Of a stretch of 64,000 bases of DNA, positions 35,588-44,429 are shown in pieces. A program made the position numbers and the translations under genes. The first letter of the stretch is position 1; every line of letters begins with the position of its first letter. Under the pieces are notes generated by a model that was given only the letters and a program-made list of their open reading frames with translations, did no database searches and was not told the origin of the DNA. This DNA comes from an uncultured Chloroflexia bacterium (GTDB taxonomy: Bacteria; Chloroflexota; Limnocylindria; Limnocylindrales; CSP1-4), in assembly GCA_963749705.1 (NCBI GenBank), contig CAVVNQ010000004.1, positions 128,001-192,000 of the forward strand, in the 5' to 3' direction.

Positions 35588-37702
35588 TCAGTCGTCCGAG
35601 GTCGCGTCGCCCTCGTCCACGATCTCGTCCTCGTCCTCGGACCGGGGACCCATCGATGCCGACTTGGCGCGCTCCATCCGGACATCCCGGGACGCCGACG
35701 AGCGCATGCCCGCGTGCGGGTGCCGGCCCTCGGCGTCGATCACGTGCATCACCGCGTTGATCAACGCCAGGTGGGTGAACGCCTGCGGGAAGTTGCCCAG
35801 CTGGCGGCCGGTCTCCGCGTCGATCTCCTCGCCGTACAGGTCGAGCGAGCTCGCCAACGACAGCAGCCGCTCGCACAGGCGCCGGCCGCGGGCGATCTCG
35901 CCGATCTGCACCAGCGCGGACACCAGCCAGAACGAGCAGATCGTGAAGCTGCCCTCCTCGCCCGACAGCCCGTCGTCGGTGTGCTCGGTGCGGTAGCGCA
36001 GCACCAGCCCGTCCTCGGTCAGCTCGTCCGCGATGGCGAGCACCGTGCGGCGGATCCGCTCGTCGTCGGCGGGCAGGAAGCGGACCAGGGGCAGCAGCAG
36101 CAGCGACGCGTCGAGGGCGGTCGTGTCGTAGTGCTGGGTGAACACGCCGCGCGCGTCGACCGCATTGGCCAGGACGTCCGCCCGGATCTCGTCGGCCGCC
36201 GCCTGCCAGCGCGTCGCGATCTCCGCCTCGCCGCGCAGGTGTGCGAGCCGGACCCCGCGATCCGCCGCGACCCAGCACATCACCTTGGACGACGTGAAGT
36301 GCCTGGGCTCGCCGCGCACCTCCCAGATCCCGCGATCCGGCTCGCGCCAATGCCCGATCGCCGCCTCGACGAGCCCGCTGAGGATGGGCCACATGCGATC
36401 GTCGAGCCGGTCACGTGACGTGGTGTGGAGGTAGAACGAGTCGAGGATCGCGCCCCACACGTCATGCTGCTGCTGGCTGTACGCCGCATTGCCGATCCGG
36501 ACCGGCCGTGAGCCCTCGTAGCCGGACAGGTGGTCGAGGGTCTCCTCGCTGAGCGTCCGCTCGCCGCCGACGCCGTACATGACCTGGATGCTGCCGTCCT
36601 CCCCGGCCATGTCGGCAAGGAAGTAGAAGAAGTCGTTCGCCTCCCAGTCGAAGCCGAGCGTGTACAGGCCCCACAGCGCGAACGTCGAGTCGCGGACCCA
36701 GCTGTAGCGATAGTCCCAGTTGCGCTCGCCGCCGGGTGTCTCGGGCAGCGACGTGGTCGCGGCGGCCGCGATCGCGCCGGTCGGCGCGTAGGCAAGGCCC
36801 TTGAGCGTCAGCGCCGAGCGCTGGAGGTGCGACCGCCAGGGATGGTCCGGGAACCGGCCCCGGGCCAGCCAGTGCTGCCAGTGATGCGCGGTCCAGGTCA
36901 GCCGCCCGATGCCCTCCTCGACCGTCTGCGGCGGCCGGCCGGCACCCCAGGACAGCGCCGCGAAGCGCGTCTCGCCCTCCTTGATCAGCGTCCGCGCGAT
37001 CGCGCGCGGACCCTCGAAGCCCATCCGCATGTCGCTCGTGAGCGTGACCGACATGTCGTCCGGGCCGCGACAGATGCCCTGGCTGTAGTCGGCGCCGGTG
37101 TAGCTCCATACCCCCAGCGCTCGCCCATAGTCGAACACCGGCTCGCAGTCGAGGGTCAGCTGCACCTCGCCGTTGACGCACCGGACGGTCCGCAGCAGCA
37201 CGTGCTCTGCGTCGTAGTCGGTCGGCGCCCGGCGCTGGGTATGCGACCGCTCCTCGGTGTTGTGCCACGGCCCCATGAGCAGCACGTCGCGGATGATCAC
37301 CCAGCCGCCACCCGGCGTCCCCCAGCTGGTCTCGAGCACCATCGTGCCCGGCAGGTAGCGCCGCGCGACGGGGACCATGACATCCGCGGGGCCCAGGCGG
37401 AAGCCGCCGGCGTCCCGGTCCAGGATCGCGCCGAACACGCTCGGGGAGTCGAACCTCGGCAGGCACATCCACTCGACCGTGCCGCTGGGCGCCACCAGGG
37501 CCGTGACCTCGCCGTCGGACAGGAAGGCGTAGTCACCGATCGGCGGGAACGCGGATCCGGCGAACGCGTCGTGCTCCGCGGGCGGGTCCTCGGCGGGCGT
37601 CGGGCCGGCGGACGTTGAGCCGGCGGGCGCGTCGAACTTCTCGAGCGCGTCCGCTGCGGGCGCGTCGAGCGGCTGTTCCGGCGCCTTGCGATCAACCTGC
37701 AA
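35588..37702 (-). CDS. Glycoside hydrolase family 15 (trehalase/glucoamylase-like)
   Basis: IGDYAFLSD, SLPETPGGERNWDYRYSWVRD, GIWEVRG and LGNFPQAFTHLALINA. Confidence 0.92.
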   Translation of the reverse strand: MQVDRKAPEQPLDAPAADALEKFDAPAGSTSAGPTPAEDPPAEHDAFAGSAFPPIGDYAFLSDGEVTALVAPSGTVEWMCLPRFDSPSVFGAILDRDAGGFRLGPADVMVPVARRYLPGTMVLETSWGTPGGGWVIIRDVLLMGPWHNTEERSHTQRRAPTDYDAEHVLLRTVRCVNGEVQLTLDCEPVFDYGRALGVWSYTGADYSQGICRGPDDMSVTLTSDMRMGFEGPRAIARTLIKEGETRFAALSWGAGRPPQTVEEGIGRLTWTAHHWQHWLARGRFPDHPWRSHLQRSALTLKGLAYAPTGAIAAAATTSLPETPGGERNWDYRYSWVRDSTFALWGLYTLGFDWEANDFFYFLADMAGEDGSIQVMYGVGGERTLSEETLDHLSGYEGSRPVRIGNAAYSQQQHDVWGAILDSFYLHTTSRDRLDDRMWPILSGLVEAAIGHWREPDRGIWEVRGEPRHFTSSKVMCWVAADRGVRLAHLRGEAEIATRWQAAADEIRADVLANAVDARGVFTQHYDTTALDASLLLLPLVRFLPADDERIRRTVLAIADELTEDGLVLRYRTEHTDDGLSGEEGSFTICSFWLVSALVQIGEIARGRRLCERLLSLASSLDLYGEEIDAETGRQLGNFPQAFTHLALINAVMHVIDAEGRHPHAGMRSSASRDVRMERAKSASMGPRSEDEDEIVDEGDATSDD

Positions 37703-37765
37703 ATCCGGCCTCCACGAACCTGCAGTTTCCCACGTCGGGCAATTGCCGGCTCTGGGTCGGGTGCC

Positions 37766-38428
37766 CTACTGCCTGCGGGCGATCGTCATGCCGTCCGCGA
37801 TGGCGAGCATCACGTGCCGCACCCGGGTGTCCGAGGCGACGAGCTCGTTGACCTCGCGGATCGCTCGCGTGGAGGCATCATCGACCGAAGGATCGGCGAC
37901 CGCGCCGCCCCACAGGACGTTGTCGATCGCGATCACGCCGCCCGGCCGGACGAGGGCGACACAGCGCTCCCAGTAGGCGGGATAGCCAGGCTTGTCGGCA
38001 TCGATGAAGGCGAGGTCGAAGGTGGCTGCCGCGCCATCCGCGAGCAGCCGGTCCAGGGTGTCGACCGCCGGTCCCAGCCGGAGGTCCACCTTGTGCGCGA
38101 CGCCGGCGTCAGCCCAGTAGCGGCGGGCGATCGAGGTGTAGTCGTCCGAGACGTCGCAGCACACGATCGCGCCGTCGTCCGGCATGGCCAGCGCCACCGC
38201 GAGCGACGAGTACCCGGTGAACGTCCCGATCTCGAGGCACCGGCGCGCGTCGATCAGCTCGACCAGGAGCCCCAGGAGCGCCCCCTGGTCGGGCGAGATC
38301 TGCATCCCGGCGCGGGGGTGCGACGCCGTCTCCGCGCGCAGGCGGCCGAGGATCTCGGGTTCGCGGACGCCCCAGCGCCGGACATAGGCATCGACCTCGT
38401 CCGGCAGGCCGATCGATCTGGTTCCCAT
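37766..38428 (-). CDS. SAM-dependent O-methyltransferase (caffeoyl-CoA/COMT-like)
   Basis: LEIGTFTGYS, FDLAFIDADK and IDNVLW. Confidence 0.92.
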   Translation of the reverse strand: MGTRSIGLPDEVDAYVRRWGVREPEILGRLRAETASHPRAGMQISPDQGALLGLLVELIDARRCLEIGTFTGYSSLAVALAMPDDGAIVCCDVSDDYTSIARRYWADAGVAHKVDLRLGPAVDTLDRLLADGAAATFDLAFIDADKPGYPAYWERCVALVRPGGVIAIDNVLWGGAVADPSVDDASTRAIREVNELVASDTRVRHVMLAIADGMTIARRQ

Positions 38429-38451
38429 GGCCACCGATGATCGCAGCCGCG

Positions 38452-39150
38452 TCAATCGCGCCGGAACGCGTAACCCACGCCGCGCACCGTGTGCAGCAGC
38501 CGCGGCGCCGCCGGGTCGAGCTCGATCTCGCTCCGCAGCCAGTGGATATGCACGTCCACGGTGCGCGTCTCGCCCGCGTAGTCGTATCCCCAGACATGTT
38601 CCAGCAGCTGGTCCCGAGTGAACACCTGGCCCGGGTTGCGGACCAGAAACGCGAGCAGCTCGAACGCCTTGGGCTTGACCGCGACGCGCTCGCCGTCGCG
38701 GATGAGGCGGTGGCCGGCGAGGTCGAGCTGGACGCGCCCCAGATCGACCAGCGGCGGCACATCGGTTGCGGCCGCCGCGGCTGCCTGGTCCGCCCGGCGG
38801 AAGATCGCCCGGATCCGCGCGGTGAGCTCGCGAAGGCTGAACGGCTTGGTCACGTAGTCGTCCGCACCCAGCTCGAGGCCGACCACCTTGTCGACCTCGG
38901 CGTCCTTGGCGGTGAGCATGATGATCGGCACCGACAATTCCGCGCGGAGGATGCGACAGACCTCGACCCCGGACAGCAGGGGCAGCATCAGGTCGAGCAG
39001 GACGAGGTCGGGGCGGTCCGCGCGAAATCGCTCGAGCGCCTCGCGCCCGTCGGCGGCGGGGATGGCCCGGTAGCCCTCCGTCTCGAGGGCCTCGACCAGG
39101 GTCTCGCGCAGGGTGGTCTCGTCATCGACGACGAGGATGGTGCGGGTCAT
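38452..39150 (-). CDS. OmpR/PhoB-family response regulator (RegX3/PhoB-like)
   Basis: ILVVDDE, LLDLMLP, GADDYVTKPFS and winged helix RTVDVHIHWLR..TVRGVGY. Confidence 0.92.
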   Translation of the reverse strand: MTRTILVVDDETTLRETLVEALETEGYRAIPAADGREALERFRADRPDLVLLDLMLPLLSGVEVCRILRAELSVPIIMLTAKDAEVDKVVGLELGADDYVTKPFSLRELTARIRAIFRRADQAAAAAATDVPPLVDLGRVQLDLAGHRLIRDGERVAVKPKAFELLAFLVRNPGQVFTRDQLLEHVWGYDYAGETRTVDVHIHWLRSEIELDPAAPRLLHTVRGVGYAFRRD

Positions 39151-39383
39151 GTCCGCAGGAGCGTGCCCTGCGCCTGTTAACGAACGGTTCGAGGTCGTCA
39201 AGGAGCGATACCGCGACTCGAGTGCGAGCGCCCGAAGCACGGGCGCGCCGGATGATCATCGTTGCACGAATCGATCCCCGGCCACCCGTGCCTGCGGCGC
39301 CGGTCAGCGGGCCGAGTATGGGCTCGTTCGACGTTACCGAATGTCACGTGTCGGGTCGGCGTGCGACGCTGCTCCACTCGGCC

Positions 39384-40250
39384 TCAGTTGAGGCCGGAGA
39401 TGGCGCCGAGCGCCGGGTACGGTGGGCCAGCCCGCAACGCGGCGAGGAGCTCCACGGCAGCCTGTCTCCCGCTCGGAAGCTGGTCTTCAGGGTCCAGCCG
39501 CCAGGCCGCGACCATCGCAAGGACGAGGACGCGGCACTCGGAGAGCAGCGCCTGATCGATGCCCGGGTAGCACCCGCTGACCTCTTTCGGGACATGGGCG
39601 AGGTCGAATTCGACCGGACCGCGACAGCAAGTCTCGAGGTCGATGAACCGCGGGCCGATCCGGGTGTTGAGGACGTTCCCGGGGTGGGGCTCGCCGTGCA
39701 GCAGCTGCTCCGCGGCGCGTCGCCCCGCGATCGCGCGCATCGCGCGGCTGAACGTGTTCCCGAGAAGGTCCCGGTCCACGTCGGCGACCGCCGGAGTCCG
39801 GTCGCGGCTCTCGACCAGTCGCTTGGCGTCCCTCACCCGATCCATGAAATGCGGCGCCGCGACATCGACGTGCCGCATCGCATCGTGAAGCCGCGCGAGC
39901 GCGCCGGCGTACTCGGTCGGTAGGAGCTGGCGAGCCGGCAGGGGCTCGTAATAGGTCCACAGCGTGATCGAATAGCCGTCGCGCTCGTAGACCCGCGGCG
40001 CCACGCGAGGTTCGAGGAGCGCCACGGGACTGTCCGTTGCGGCCAGCCGTGCTGCAAGTTCGACCTCGAGTGCTGCTGCCTCGTGCGCTGCGAGCGCCAC
40101 GCGCGCCAGAACGTCGGACGGCAGCAGGCGCAGCGCAAACCTGTTCGAGACGTGAACGACGACCGCCTCGTCCACGCTCAAGCCGAGGGCCGAGGCGGTC
40201 GACATGGCCGCAGCCACCGCCCGCGGTACGTCCGACGCCTGCATTGCCAT
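39384..40250 (-). CDS. Aminoglycoside phosphotransferase/choline kinase-like protein
   Basis: LARLHDAM, LLHGEPHPGNV, FIDLET and GPVEFDLA. Confidence 0.8.
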   Translation of the reverse strand: MAMQASDVPRAVAAAMSTASALGLSVDEAVVVHVSNRFALRLLPSDVLARVALAAHEAAALEVELAARLAATDSPVALLEPRVAPRVYERDGYSITLWTYYEPLPARQLLPTEYAGALARLHDAMRHVDVAAPHFMDRVRDAKRLVESRDRTPAVADVDRDLLGNTFSRAMRAIAGRRAAEQLLHGEPHPGNVLNTRIGPRFIDLETCCRGPVEFDLAHVPKEVSGCYPGIDQALLSECRVLVLAMVAAWRLDPEDQLPSGRQAAVELLAALRAGPPYPALGAISGLN

Positions 40251-40292
40251 GGTGGTCGCTCGACGTTGCTGAAGGTCACTCGAGGTCGCGCC

Positions 40293-41804
40293 TCAGGTTG
40301 CGGGCCTGGCCGAAGGCCGCTCGAGCCCGGCAATCGCGGCGTCGAGCCGGGCAAGGGTCCGGTCCCGGCCGAGCGCGACGAGGGTGTCGAACAGCGGTGG
40401 TGTCGCCGTCCGACCCGTGGTCGCCACGCGGATCGCCATGAACAGGTCGCCGGCCTTCCAGCCTCGAGCCTCACCCAGCGCGCGGAGCGGCGGCTCGAGC
40501 TCGTCGGCCTCCCAGGTCACCGCGTCGTGGGCGGCGAGCACCTCGCGCGCGGCGACCAGGCCGCTGATCGTGGTCTCGGCGTCCCAGCGCTTGGGCCGGA
40601 TCGTCGCGGGATCCACCTCAAGGTCGTCGACCCACAGGAATCCCACCAGGTCGACGATCGCCGCGAGCGTTGGCAGCCGCTCGCGCACGATCGGCAGCAG
40701 GGCCCGAAGCTCGCCCTCGTCGGGCGTCCGGTCGATCTCGCCGGCAACCGCCGCGGCCTCGATGAACGGCCGCAGCCGCTCGACCAGGTCGTCGTCGTCC
40801 AGCCGCCGGATCCACTGGCCGTTGAGCCATTCCAGCCGGTCGCGATCGAACCGGGCGCCACCCTTCTGGACCTTGTCCAGCTCGAACCGCTGCTCGAGCT
40901 CCGCCAGCGTGAACACCTCCTCCTCGGTCCCCGGCGACCAGCCGAGGAACGCGAAGTAGTTGACGAGCGCCTCGCGGACGAAGCCCTGCGCGATGTAGTC
41001 GGCAACCGCGGTCTGGCTCTTGCGCTTGCTCATCTTGGTCCCGTCGGGGTTGAGGATGAGCGGCAGGTGGGCGAACGCCGGCACCGGGTATCCAAGCGCC
41101 TCGAACAGCAGGATGTGCTTGGGGGTGTTGCTGATGTGGTCCTCGCCACGGATCACGTGGCTGATCTCCATCGCGGCGTCGTCCACGACGACCGTGAAGT
41201 GGTACAGCGGCGTCCCGTCGGCGCGCTGGATCACGAAGTCGCCGCCCAGGTTGTCGGTGTCGATCTCGACCCGGTCCCGCACGAGGTCGTTCCAGCCCAC
41301 GACACCGGCCCGGACCCGGAACCGCGTCGCGGCGGCGCGGCCCTGGGCAACCCGTTCCGCGCGCTCGGTCTCGGTCAGCCGCGCGCACCGCCCGTTGTAG
41401 CGCGGCGGCTCCTTCGCGAGCTCCTGCGCCCGGCGATCGGCGGCCAGCTCCTCGGCCGTGCAGAAGCAGGGGTACGCCTGGTCCGCGGCCAGGAGTCGAG
41501 CCGCGGCCGCCGCGTAGGTGTCGAGCCGCTGCATCTGTCGGTACGGCGCGTACGGGCCGGCCTCCTCCAGGCCGGCCACGCCGGGTCCCTCATCCCAGCT
41601 GATCCCCAGCCAGTGGAGGCCGTCGAGGATGTCCTTCTCATACGCTTCCGTGCTCCGTGCCACGTCCGTGTCCTCAAGCCGGAGCACGAACGTGCCGCCC
41701 ACCCGCCGCGCGTACAGGTAGTTGAACAGCGCCGTGCGCGCCGTCCCGATGTGGAGGGGGCCTGTCGGGCTGGGTGCGATGCGGACGCGGATATCGGCGG
41801 CCAT
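40293..41804 (-). CDS. gltX: Glutamate--tRNA ligase
   Basis: RIAPSPTG, HIGT, LRLEDTD, RGEDH and KMSKR. Confidence 0.96.
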   Translation of the reverse strand: MAADIRVRIAPSPTGPLHIGTARTALFNYLYARRVGGTFVLRLEDTDVARSTEAYEKDILDGLHWLGISWDEGPGVAGLEEAGPYAPYRQMQRLDTYAAAAARLLAADQAYPCFCTAEELAADRRAQELAKEPPRYNGRCARLTETERAERVAQGRAAATRFRVRAGVVGWNDLVRDRVEIDTDNLGGDFVIQRADGTPLYHFTVVVDDAAMEISHVIRGEDHISNTPKHILLFEALGYPVPAFAHLPLILNPDGTKMSKRKSQTAVADYIAQGFVREALVNYFAFLGWSPGTEEEVFTLAELEQRFELDKVQKGGARFDRDRLEWLNGQWIRRLDDDDLVERLRPFIEAAAVAGEIDRTPDEGELRALLPIVRERLPTLAAIVDLVGFLWVDDLEVDPATIRPKRWDAETTISGLVAAREVLAAHDAVTWEADELEPPLRALGEARGWKAGDLFMAIRVATTGRTATPPLFDTLVALGRDRTLARLDAAIAGLERPSARPAT

Positions 41805-41824
41805 GGACCGATTGTAGGGGCGCG

Positions 41825-42093
41825 GGCGTCAGGACCCGGGCCCGCAACCAACTCGGTGTCTGTGGCGTGTGGCGCCACGAATCCTGGCCTGGCGGCCCCA
41901 CCTCGGTGCCCCGCGGTCTCCTCGTCGCCTGTGGCGCCACGAATCCTGGCCTGACGGCACAACCTCGGTGCCCGGGGTCTCCTCGTGGCCTGTGGCGCCA
42001 CGGTTCTTGGCCTGGCGCCCGCCTGGCCAACCGTCGAGGCGATCTCGTGGCGCCGGAGACCACAGGACCAGCCGACCAGGCAGTCCTGACGCC
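41825..42093. repeat. Intergenic element: ~61-bp tandem units with a palindromic GTGGCGCCAC core, bounded by a perfect 11-bp inverted repeat
   Basis: Units start at 41868, 41930 and 41991. Ends are ggcgtcaggac (41825) and gtcctgacgcc (42083). Confidence 0.8.
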
Positions 42094-42100
42094 GACAGAC

Positions 42101-42829
42101 CTATCCGGCGAGCGGCGCCGGCACCTGGTGGAACAGCGACGGATCGGCATCCCCGGCGATCACGCGGATCAGCGCCGCCGGGCGGAGACCGAGGGTGGCC
42201 CGCCCGCGCGGGCCGTCGAGCGTGAGCGAGTCCAGCGACTCCGATCGCGCCAGCACGGTGATGTGTGCTCCCGGCGTCAGCGCCCGCGCCTCGAGGTAGG
42301 ACAGCAGGCCGGCGTCCTCCTCGGCCTCCTCGGTGATCCGGAGCACGGTCGCCCGGGACCCCGATTCGAGCTCCGACAGGGGGGTCCCGTCGGGACGGCG
42401 CCGGGCCGTCTCGAGGTCGATCGGGTTGCCGTGCGGACACGTCTCCGGGTGGCCCAACAGCTCGTCCAGCTTCGCCTCGACGCGCGGCGACAGGGCGCCC
42501 TGGAGCCGCATCGCCTCGACGTCGCTCTCAGCCCAGGACAGCCCCACGACCGAGGTGAGCAGCCACTCGAGCAGGGCGTGCCGGCGGAAGATCGCATCGG
42601 CGGCCGTGCGCCCGGCTGTGGTCAGCGCGAGGCCCCGGCCGGCCGTCGTCTCGAGCAGGCCGTCCGCGCCCAGCCGGCGGCACATCTCGCTCGCCGCCTG
42701 CGTGGTGACCCCGACCTGGCGCCCGACCTGCGCGGTCGTCGCCGCCCGACCGTCGGACGCCATCACGCGCAGCGCCAGCAGGTACTCCTGGGCGGCGGCC
42801 GAGATGTCCGCCGGATCGTGTCGACGCAT
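42101..42829 (-). CDS. DtxR/MntR-family regulator with FeoA-like C-terminal domain
   Basis: QEYLLAL, HTH, RRHALLEWLL and CPHGNPI. Confidence 0.85.
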   Translation of the reverse strand: MRRHDPADISAAAQEYLLALRVMASDGRAATTAQVGRQVGVTTQAASEMCRRLGADGLLETTAGRGLALTTAGRTAADAIFRRHALLEWLLTSVVGLSWAESDVEAMRLQGALSPRVEAKLDELLGHPETCPHGNPIDLETARRRPDGTPLSELESGSRATVLRITEEAEEDAGLLSYLEARALTPGAHITVLARSESLDSLTLDGPRGRATLGLRPAALIRVIAGDADPSLFHQVPAPLAG

Positions 42830-42838
42830 GGATCAAGT

Positions 42839-44333
42839 CTACGGCGGGGATCGGTCGTCGCCGCGACGGAAGCGCCACGTGCCGCGAACGCCGGCGATGA
42901 CGGCGGCGAGCCAGGCGACCGCGATCGCGGCGCCCAGCACGGGGGCACCGGCCCGGCTCCCGGGCCCGGAGCCGACCGCCAGCACGGCGGCCACCGGCAG
43001 CGCCACGGCCAGGGCGACGATCGACCCGAACGCGGACATCGCGGCCAATGGCCCGACCAGGAACAGGGCCGCGATGACGACGGGTTGTACCGCGATCGGG
43101 AGGACGGGCAGCGGTTCGGTGCACGCCGCCGTGTACGTGGCGCATCCGGTGATCGTGGACAGCAGGGTGCCCAGCGCGAAGCCGATCGGTGGCCAGCCGA
43201 TGAGCGCGAGCAGGAGCCGCCAGCGACGCTCGGGGCGCTGGGCGAGGGCGAGCAGGCTCGCGGGCGACGCGCGACGGGCAAGCGCCTCGAGGTCCGGCAG
43301 GTCCGCCATGTCCGGGCCGGCTCGGCCGGCCCCCGCCGGCGGGCTCGACGCGCGCGCGCCGTGCGTCCCCGGCCGCCCGGGCCTGCGCTCCGCCCGGCGG
43401 GCCGGGGGGTTCGGTGGCGTCGTACGCCCATCGGCCGGTCGCCCACTCGCCCTCGCCCCGTGCGGTGGTGGTGCCGCGGCTGCCATCCCAGCGCAGGTCG
43501 ACGCGCTCGCCCGTGGCGTCGGCGTCGGCAACCGGTCCCGGCATGGCCGGGACCTCCCGTTCGCCACCCGGGGCCGTCTCGCCCTCCGCAGCCCGGCGGG
43601 CGCGGGCCTGGTATTCGGGACCGTGCTTGCGCGGATCGGCATATTCGCGCGGGTTGATCGTCCAGAACGTGCCCGATGACGGGCCGTACCAGGCACCGCC
43701 GCCCCACTCCGGGTCGCGGGGCATCTCGGCGGCCTCGTCATAGGTCGTCGACCCGGGGGTTGCCTTCCGGGGGCCTCGAGGCGATCGGCGACCCGGACGG
43801 TCGCCGGGCGCGGTTCGGCCGTCGCGCCGACCCGTCCCGCCGGCTGCACCCGCGCTCGCTGCCCCCGTGCCGGCTGCACCCGTGCCGGCTGCACCCGCTC
43901 CACCGCCCGAGCCCTGCCGCCGGCGGCCGGCCGATCCCGGACGGGGAGCGTCGGACGCTCCCGCGGCTGCGTCCGTCGTGCCCGGGTCCCGGAACCCGGA
44001 TCGGCGGGCCCGCCACGCATCTCGTGATGCCCGGGCACGATCGGGATCCGCCCGCCACGGCTCGCGATCGCGGGCCGATCCGCCGCGCCCGCCGGCACCG
44101 GCGGCTCGCGCATCGGAGCCCTGACCGGCGCCCCGCAGGCGCCCCTCGCCGTCGACGAGGCGCTCGTAGGCGGCCTGGATGGCGAGGAACCGCGGCAGCG
44201 CCCGCTCGCCGGCGGCGTCCGGGTGGTACTGCTTGGCGAGGCGGCGGTACGCGGAGCGGATCTCGATCAGGGAGGCGCCCGCGCGGATCCCGAGGATCCG
44301 GTATGGGTCTCCCTGGTTGGTCATGGGACGCAT
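42839..44333 (-). pseudogene. J-domain protein with C-terminal membrane domain, apparently frameshifted at ~43310-43430
   Basis: J domain (DPYRILG..AKQYHPD) is in frame 44333. The TM block (RWRLLLALIGWPPIG..) is in the frame ending at 42839. Confidence 0.6.
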
Positions 44334-44429
44334 ACCTCCGTCAGCCGGAGCGACCCGGCCGTCGAGCGACGGTTCGTCGTCAGGCGGTCGAGGTCGTCAA
44401 CCCGTGGCCGTCGTCGCCCATCGCCATCG

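Noticed and set aside
41868-42020. Repeat array as a mini-CRISPR
   Set aside because: The sequences between the repeated cores are near-copies of each other rather than unique spacers, there are only ~3 units, and no cas genes are in the window.
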